Assembly (NCBI GenBank): GCA_009103225.1
Contig: RHPI01000283.1
Span: 1 to 6,335 of the forward strand
DNA: 6,335 bases
Origin: Chlorokybus atmophyticus
Lineage: Eukaryota > Plantae > Mesostigma and Chlorokybus algae
Direction: 5' to 3'
Shown here one piece after another: positions 1 through 5,857 of this stretch; positions within the stretch are counted from its first letter, which is position 1, and every line of letters begins with the position of its first letter. The notes beneath the pieces are model-generated. The model saw only the letters and a list, made by a program, of their open reading frames with translations, did not search any database and was not told where the DNA came from. The position numbers and the translations under genes are program-made.

Positions 1-1
1 C

Positions 2-300
2 TCGTTTTTGATTGACACTGGTGCGACACACAACTTCGTGGACGAGCAATGGGTTGCGCGCAATAAAATCATGCGCAAACCCTCAACATTTTCGGCTGCC
101 GGTGCTGGGGGTACATTGCCACTGACGGGAGAAGTAAAATTGAAGGTTAAAATTGGTAATTATTATGCCAATCTTGCCTTTATAGTAGTAGCAATCAACA
201 TATCTGGTGTTGATGTGGTACTAGGCCAAGAATGGCAAAATAATGTCACAATGACATTGGATACGGGTGCACGCTTGTGCACAGTAAAGAAAGGCGGTAA
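2..300 (+). other. Aspartic protease domain of Pol (end approximate)
   Basis: LIDTGATHNF with catalytic DTG at 14-22; downstream DVVLGQEW matches the retropepsin IIG/LG motif. Confidence 0.9.
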
Positions 301-2527
301 GCGGATTACATTGTCTGTGAAAGGGTCGCATAGCTTGGAATTCAAGCAACCCGACCCTGCGTTACTCACGGCACTACAGGTGAAACGTGCGTTGCGCAAA
401 AACACACCGGCTTTTCTGGTACATTTGTCTTCATCAGATGACATTGCGCCGGGTAGTACTGAAGGTGTGGCAGACCTCATTGAGGAATATCAAGATGTGT
501 TCTCAGATGAGTTGCCGGGCTTGCCTCCTGACCGAGGTGTCGGACACACTATACCATTAATTCCTGATAGTGATCCTCCTTTTCGGCCAATATATAGGCT
601 AAGCCCTAGAGAAAGGGGGGAAATGGAAACACAAATCAAGGAGTTATTGGAAAAAGGATTGATTGAACCAAGTTCTTCACCCTTTGGCGCACCCATCCTA
701 TTTGTGATGAAAAAGAATGGAAAATTGCGCATGTGTGTGGACTATCGTGCTTTAAACAAAATCACGGTGAAAAATCGATACCCGTTGCCACGGATTGATG
801 ACGTGTTTGATAAACTATCAGGTAATGCATACTTCAGTACATTAGACCTGACAAGTGGATATCATCAGATCCGAATTCATTCCGCTGATGTCTATAAGAC
901 AGCTTTCAGAACACCTTCGGGCCATTATCAATACAAAGTGCTACCCTTTGGATTGACGAATGCGCCTGCTGTGTTTCAGAAGGAAATGAATAAAATTTTC
1001 GGTAATATACTTGGCAAGTATGTTATGGTTTACTTGGATGACATTATTGTCTTTAGTAAAACCAAAGAGGAACATAAGCAACACTTAGAAGCGGTGTTTA
1101 CTTTGTTGCGGAAGCATCATTTATTTGCCAGCCTTGCAAAATGTGACTTTTGCAAATCGGAGTTACCATTCTTGGGACATGTTGTGAGTGGTGCGGGTGT
1201 AAAGCCTGACCCTCGCAAGGTGCAAGTTGTCAAGAATTGGCCTCAACCCAAAAATATTCATCAACTGAGATCATTTTTGGGATTGGCAAATTATTTTCGC
1301 AAATTTATGATGGGTTATTCTACAGTTGTAATGCCCTTGACTAAATTGTTGCGAAAGGACGCGCCATTTTCTTGGACGTCAGACCAAGAAGCTGCTATGC
1401 AACAAGTGAAGTTAGCATTAACTTCAGCTCCAGTATTGGCATTGCCAAATTGGGATAAACATTTCACTGTGGTCAGTGATGCTTCCACCCTTGGGTGTGG
1501 TGCAGTACTACTGCAAGACGGCAGACCATGTGCTTATGAAAGTAGGAAGTTTATCCCAGCGGAGGTAAACTACACTACTACTGAGCAAGAGTTGCTTGGT
1601 GTCGTACATGCTCTCGAAACTTGGCGATGTTACTTAGAGGGAGTTCAGTTCACAGTGGTGACTGATCACAACCCATTAGTATACTTCTCAACGCAGCTGA
1701 CCTTGTCACGTAGGCAAGCTCGCTGGAATGAGTTTCTGTCGCGATTTACTTTTGAATGGGTATATCGGCCTGGCAGAACTAATGTGGCAGATCCTTTAAG
1801 TCGCTGTCCGTCATTATTGGCAGTTATGCGTGCGCAATTGCTTGCGACGCAAGTTACATTGCCCGCTAATGATGCATTTGTGCAATCTGTTTTGCATGGG
1901 TATTCCTTAGACCCATGGTTCTCACGGCAAGAGAATATACAACAGCTTGAAGCACGAGACAACTTGTATTATATGGGTGCTAGCTTGGTGATACCTGACC
2001 ATGCTGGGCTACGCATGCAATGCATAGCTGATGTACACGACCCACCGTACGCTGGGCACTTTGGAAATCGCAAGACTACCAAGGCAGCGCAACAGCTGTA
2101 CTGGTGGCCATCGTTGCCTGTTGACGTAAAGCGTTATGTTGACACCTGTGACAAATGTCAGCGTGACAAGCCGTTACGTCAGAAACCCGCTGGGTTGCTG
2201 CGACCTTTGCCTGTTCCTGATGGCAAATGGGAAAGTGTGAGTATGGACTTAATTACTGAGCTCCCAGAGACAGCATTAGGTCACACTGCGGTTGCAGTTT
2301 TCGTGGATCGTTTAACAAAAATGGTCCACATTGTCCCTTGTCGCACGGAGATAGGCTCCCGTGAGTTGGCGATGGTTTTTGTCGCGTCTGTGTTCAAGTT
2401 GCATGGCTTGCCCCGCAACTTCGTGTCAGATCGCGATCCGCGATTTGTGGCTCAGTTTTGGAAGTCGCTATGCAGCTTCTTACACATTCAGCAGAACATG
2501 AGCACTGCTTACCATCCACAGACGGAT
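2..2527 (+). CDS. pol: Pol polyprotein, partial at both ends (protease, reverse transcriptase, RNase H, integrase N-terminal and core)
   Basis: Frame is open from base 2 to the gap with no stops. The ORF-track 'M' at 8 is TTG (Leu) inside the protease motif FLIDTG, not a start. All visible catalytic residues are intact. Confidence 0.97.
577..1190 (+). other. Reverse transcriptase domain (boundaries approximate)
   Basis: LRMCVDYRALNK, DLTSGYHQI, KTAFRT, PFGLTNAPAVFQ, YLDD at 1031-1042, FLGH. Confidence 0.97.
1460..1805 (+). other. RNase H domain (boundaries approximate)
   Basis: SDAS (D at 1478-1480), GAVLLQ, EQELLGVV, TDH, NVADPLSR. Confidence 0.93.
2000..2527 (+). other. Integrase: HHCC zinc-binding domain and partial DDE core
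   Basis: H 2036, H 2057, C 2147, C 2156; catalytic D at 2246 (SMDL) and D at 2429 (SDRD). Sequence stops at AYHPQTD; the catalytic E is expected at ~2537, inside the gap. Confidence 0.95.
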
Positions 2528-3223
2528 NNNNNNNNNNNNNNNNNNNNNNNNNNNNNNNNNNNNNNNNNNNNNNNNNNNNNNNNNNNNNNNNNNNNNNNNN
2601 NNNNNNNNNNNNNNNNNNNNNNNNNNNNNNNNNNNNNNNNNNNNNNNNNNNNNNNNNNNNNNNNNNNNNNNNNNNNNNNNNNNNNNNNNNNNNNNNNNNN
2701 NNNNNNNNNNNNNNNNNNNNNNNNNNNNNNNNNNNNNNNNNNNNNNNNNNNNNNNNNNNNNNNNNNNNNNNNNNNNNNNNNNNNNNNNNNNNNNNNNNNN
2801 NNNNNNNNNNNNNNNNNNNNNNNNNNNNNNNNNNNNNNNNNNNNNNNNNNNNNNNNNNNNNNNNNNNNNNNNNNNNNNNNNNNNNNNNNNNNNNNNNNNN
2901 NNNNNNNNNNNNNNNNNNNNNNNNNNNNNNNNNNNNNNNNNNNNNNNNNNNNNNNNNNNNNNNNNNNNNNNNNNNNNNNNNNNNNNNNNNNNNNNNNNNN
3001 NNNNNNNNNNNNNNNNNNNNNNNNNNNNNNNNNNNNNNNNNNNNNNNNNNNNNNNNNNNNNNNNNNNNNNNNNNNNNNNNNNNNNNNNNNNNNNNNNNNN
3101 NNNNNNNNNNNNNNNNNNNNNNNNNNNNNNNNNNNNNNNNNNNNNNNNNNNNNNNNNNNNNNNNNNNNNNNNNNNNNNNNNNNNNNNNNNNNNNNNNNNN
3201 NNNNNNNNNNNNNNNNNNNNNNN
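2528..3223. other. Undetermined sequence (696 N), probably an assembly/scaffold gap
   Basis: Uninterrupted N run starting mid-integrase and ending immediately before the TG of the LTR. Confidence 0.95.
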
Positions 3224-3483
3224 TGTAACGGTGTGCTACCTCCATAGAGGTTCCCCGCCCTTATTTAGGATTAAATAAGGGTCCCAACGGGATTATACAG
3301 CCTATTAAGCCTTATTAGGGCCGTTAACCTAGTGTTAAGGCCCTAATGTAGTGTTACTTAACTATAACACTGATATCGACATGAGACATGAGTCTCATGT
3401 GGATATCAGCTGCATGGCGGCGCTGCTAACGCAGCGGCCGCCATAGCCAGAGCATCTTTTGCTCTGGCAACTGCCCCGGCAGT

Positions 3484-3498
3484 GGCGGCGGCGGCGGC
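3484..3498 (+). repeat. (GGC)5 microsatellite inside the LTR
   Basis: Directly read: ggc x5. Confidence 0.9.
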
Positions 3499-3516
3499 GA
3501 GGCTGGTGGTGGTGTT

Positions 3517-3543
3517 GGGGTAGGGGATTAAAGGGAGGAGGGG
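3517..3543 (+). other. Canonical G-quadruplex motif near the LTR 3' end
   Basis: GGGG-TA-GGGG-ATTAAA-GGG-AGGA-GGGG fits G3+N1-7 x4; folding untested. Confidence 0.6.
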
Positions 3544-3563
3544 CACACCCTCTCTCCTGACAT

Positions 3564-3579
3564 TGGTATCGGAGCACGG
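3564..3579 (+). promoter_or_regulatory. Primer-binding site, initiator tRNA-Met type
   Basis: TGGTATCGGAGC(ACGG) 1 nt after the LTR CA. First 12 nt match the plant-type iMet PBS TGGTATCAGAGC at 11/12. GG at PBS positions 15-16 fits the conserved tRNA C61/C62. Confidence 0.88.
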
Positions 3580-3600
3580 GCGGCAAGGGGCCTGTGGGAG

Positions 3601-3672
3601 GGGCGGCGGCAGGCGGCAGGCACTGCAGGGGCGGCGGCAGGCACTGCGTCGGCAGGCGGCACTGCGGCGGCA
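3601..3672 (+). repeat. GC-rich imperfect tandem repeat (GGCGGCAGGCACTGC-like, 3 units)
   Basis: GGCGGCAGGCACTGC at 3612-3626 and 3633-3647; variant GGCAGGCGGCACTGC at 3651-3665. Confidence 0.8.
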
Positions 3673-3733
3673 AACTAGCGGTAGTTAAAAGTTTTGTTTG
3701 GTTTAACTGTTGTAGTTAAACGCTGCTGCTGGT

Positions 3734-3780
3734 GCCTAGCCTAGCCTAGCCTAGCCTATGCATGCCATGCCATGCCATGC
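3734..3780 (+). repeat. Compound pentanucleotide microsatellite (GCCTA)5-TG-(CATGC)4
   Basis: Directly read: GCCTA x5 at 3734-3758, CATGC x4 at 3761-3780. Confidence 0.95.
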
Positions 3781-4390
3781 CTAACTTGTCCTAGTTTAGT
3801 TGTTATTGTGTGAAGGGGGGCGGCCATCCAGGCCCCTCCCTGAAGCATTGCATCCAAGCACATAACATAGTAATCATATATTGTTTACTATAATCTTTGT
3901 GTGCTAACCACCACGTGGATTCGTGGTGGTGAAGGGCTTTTTATCTATTTTTTTGGATAAATTCCCTTGGGGGCAGTTCGGTGGCAACATCGACTGTCTC
4001 GGTACCGCCAGTCAGTGCGGTGAGGCCGCCAGAATTTTTCTGTGCGGTCGATATCAAACTCACAACTCACAACTTGTCGATATCGGCCTGTAGGGCTGAT
4101 TCAACGAGATTTTGGCACTTTGGGTGTCAATTGTGATTGTAAGTTGAGCTGGGTTGTACAAAGTGAAAACTTTGAGCAGCCATAGCTCGTGAGCCGTCGC
4201 GTGCATTCGCGTGCGGTTTGTTGCACAGTGATTGTCTAGTTGAGAGGTGTGTGGAGAGCTCTTGTTTGGGCTGAATACTCCACGTTTACCCCTCCAAACT
4301 TGACAGGACAAAATCACTAGTATTCGACGTTTTCATAGTGCACAACTTTCCGTGTTTGTGCACTATTTGAACAGTGTTATCCTTGGGCAG

Positions 4391-5857
4391 ATGTCTGACC
4401 AAGGAGAGGGAGGTGAAAAGTACTTCACCGTCCCTGATTCATCATCCTCATATGAGCCATCCAGTGATGACAAAGTGAGGGACTCGGACACGAGTGAGAG
4501 CTATAAGCTCACTGACAGTGACAAGGAAGAAGAGGCTAAGCAAGATAGCGAAGCTTCCCCCGACCTGTCTACCCACAGTGAGCCAGCTGTAATGGACACA
4601 CCGAGTGTCATTGGCGGAGCCATTGAAAAGTATGCGCGCGAGCGCAAGACTTTACTTGACGCCCACCCGCAGCTTCGTCAAGAAGTGTGGGATGCATGGG
4701 CGCAGAAGGTTCGTAATGGCTATGAAACAGATTTTGCCACTCTCCCTCGCACTAGTAAGGAGATGGTGATCCGCATGATTGAGCACGAGTTGACGAACAA
4801 TGTTCCGCCACTCGTGCGTGGTGATCCAAAAGTGGCTGCTCTGATGGCCGTCTACGATAGGCCGCTCCCATACGAAGGGAAGCGGATGGCGTTTGAGGCC
4901 TTAGCCAACTTGATGGTTGAAACGCAGCAGCGTTGCAAGGATGTGTTCTGGTACTTGGGACCTAACTTGGAAAATAAGTTGGCTGGCCGAGTGAAGTTGG
5001 AGGCACGCCTCGATGCGATGCAATCTGAGTTGATGGCGCTGCGTCAGCAAGTAGCGGGTGCTGCTTCATCAGTTGGCGCATCAGTGGGGCTGCCGGTTAC
5101 GGCATTGAACAAACCTGAAAAGTTCAAGCCTAACGGTAGTGTAAGTATCCATGATTGGGTGGTGACTGTCGAACATTACCTGACAGCGCTAAAGCGCCCG
5201 GTGGGTGAGCACGTTGCCGTTGCTGAGTTGCTTATGCCATCTGATGCTCTCGCCGAGTGGGCACGACAAACAGAGCATGGCGCTGTGAAGACAGTACCAG
5301 CACTGTTTCAGTTTCTGATGGAGCGCTATGGTGGCATGGATCCGGCTACTCAGGCTCGTAACAAACTTAGCAAGTTGCGACAGAATGGTCGAGCAGCATC
5401 AGTGTATCTGCAGGAGTTCCAAGCATTAGTTGGTCGTGCCAATAGCGGCCTGATGCCTATGGACAAAGCTGAGCAGTTCGAGTTGTACAAGCGTGGCTTG
5501 GATGCGCGTGTTCGCGATCAGCTGCAGTACAACACTGCAACGGGGCTTCCTTGGGTTCCTGATGACTTGGCCAAGCTGCAAAAGCTAAGTGTTTACCTGT
5601 ACAATGATGACACGGTCGTGCAGGAAAAGTCGAACGTGACAGCTATGGCCAAGCCGCAAGGGGGGGGAATAAAGCGCTATCCTCCGCCGAGTGTACATGT
5701 GGCGAAGAAAGCGAAGACATTCGCTCCTCGAATTGGTGGTACGTCTGCTGGTAATGCACCTACTGCAGCTCGCACCTGTTTCATCTGCCATCAGCCGGGT
5801 CACGTTGCAAAGGCCTGTCCTACGAAGGCGAAGGGCAAAGCCAAGAAGGTTGAATAG
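4391..5857 (+). CDS. gag: Gag (488 aa from first AUG): acidic N-terminus, helical region, coiled coil, capsid, CCHC nucleocapsid
   Basis: First in-frame ATG at 4391 (the ORF track starts at GTG 4352). KPEKF at capsid start (5111); MHR-like QNGRAASVYLQEFQAL (5381-5428); zinc knuckle CFICHQPGHVAKAC (5777-5818, C-X2-C-X4-H-X4-C); TAG at 5855-5857. Confidence 0.93.
   Translation: MSDQGEGGEKYFTVPDSSSSYEPSSDDKVRDSDTSESYKLTDSDKEEEAKQDSEASPDLSTHSEPAVMDTPSVIGGAIEKYARERKTLLDAHPQLRQEVWDAWAQKVRNGYETDFATLPRTSKEMVIRMIEHELTNNVPPLVRGDPKVAALMAVYDRPLPYEGKRMAFEALANLMVETQQRCKDVFWYLGPNLENKLAGRVKLEARLDAMQSELMALRQQVAGAASSVGASVGLPVTALNKPEKFKPNGSVSIHDWVVTVEHYLTALKRPVGEHVAVAELLMPSDALAEWARQTEHGAVKTVPALFQFLMERYGGMDPATQARNKLSKLRQNGRAASVYLQEFQALVGRANSGLMPMDKAEQFELYKRGLDARVRDQLQYNTATGLPWVPDDLAKLQKLSVYLYNDDTVVQEKSNVTAMAKPQGGGIKRYPPPSVHVAKKAKTFAPRIGGTSAGNAPTAARTCFICHQPGHVAKACPTKAKGKAKKVE

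Larger units (their letters stand above)
3224..3562 (+). repeat. Long terminal repeat (339 bp), acting as 5' LTR for the downstream gag
   Basis: Begins TGTAA, ends TGACA (TG...CA, 4/5 terminal inverted repeat), and is followed after 1 nt by a tRNA PBS. Subterminal inverted repeat GGTGTGC (3230-3236)/GCACACC (3543-3549). Only one copy is present, and the left boundary abuts the gap. Confidence 0.85.
3563..4390 (+). promoter_or_regulatory. Long structured 5' leader (828 nt) between LTR and gag AUG
   Basis: No credible ORF; several perfect hairpins (3701-3721, 3815-3840, 3907-3930, 4046-4088, 4335-4366) and simple repeats. Confidence 0.75.

Noticed and set aside
163-1962. Antisense ORFs 163-480, 490-732, 1666-1962
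   Set aside because: Short shadows opposite conserved pol sequence, with no recognisable motifs.
2394-3245. ORFs 2394-3245 (-) and 2458-3228 (+)
   Set aside because: Mostly X; open only because N codons contain no stops.
8-3247. 1079-aa ORF starting at 'M' 8 and ending CNGVLPP
   Set aside because: The start is an internal TTG (Leu) and the end is an artefact of reading through N into the LTR; only 2-2527 is supported.
3363-3367. TATAA as LTR TATA box
   Set aside because: Too short and common, and partly inside a hairpin; cannot be assigned without TSS data.
3258-3483. CRISPR array or nested MITE as explanation for the LTR hairpins
   Set aside because: The hairpins differ in sequence (no repeat-spacer pattern), and I found no enclosing terminal inverted repeat pair with a target-site duplication.
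3395-3673. 92-aa Pro/Arg-rich minus-strand ORF
   Set aside because: Produced by GC-rich repeats across the LTR, PBS and leader; low complexity.
3963-3990. Alternative LTR end at GGCAACA (~3989)
   Set aside because: Not followed by TGG or any tRNA-complementary sequence, whereas TGACA at 3562 is followed by a clear PBS.
4060-4317. 85-aa minus-strand ORF in the leader
   Set aside because: No motif and within chance length; an antisense peptide cannot be excluded but has no support.
5660-5668. G8 run as a possible frameshift site
   Set aside because: Encodes Gly-Gly-Gly, is not a canonical X XXY YYZ heptamer, and pol is already in the gag frame.
5855-5857. UAG reassigned to an amino acid by a non-standard host code
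   Set aside because: About 1,490 other gag/pol codons contain no in-frame TAG or TAA, which a reassigned code would be expected to use.
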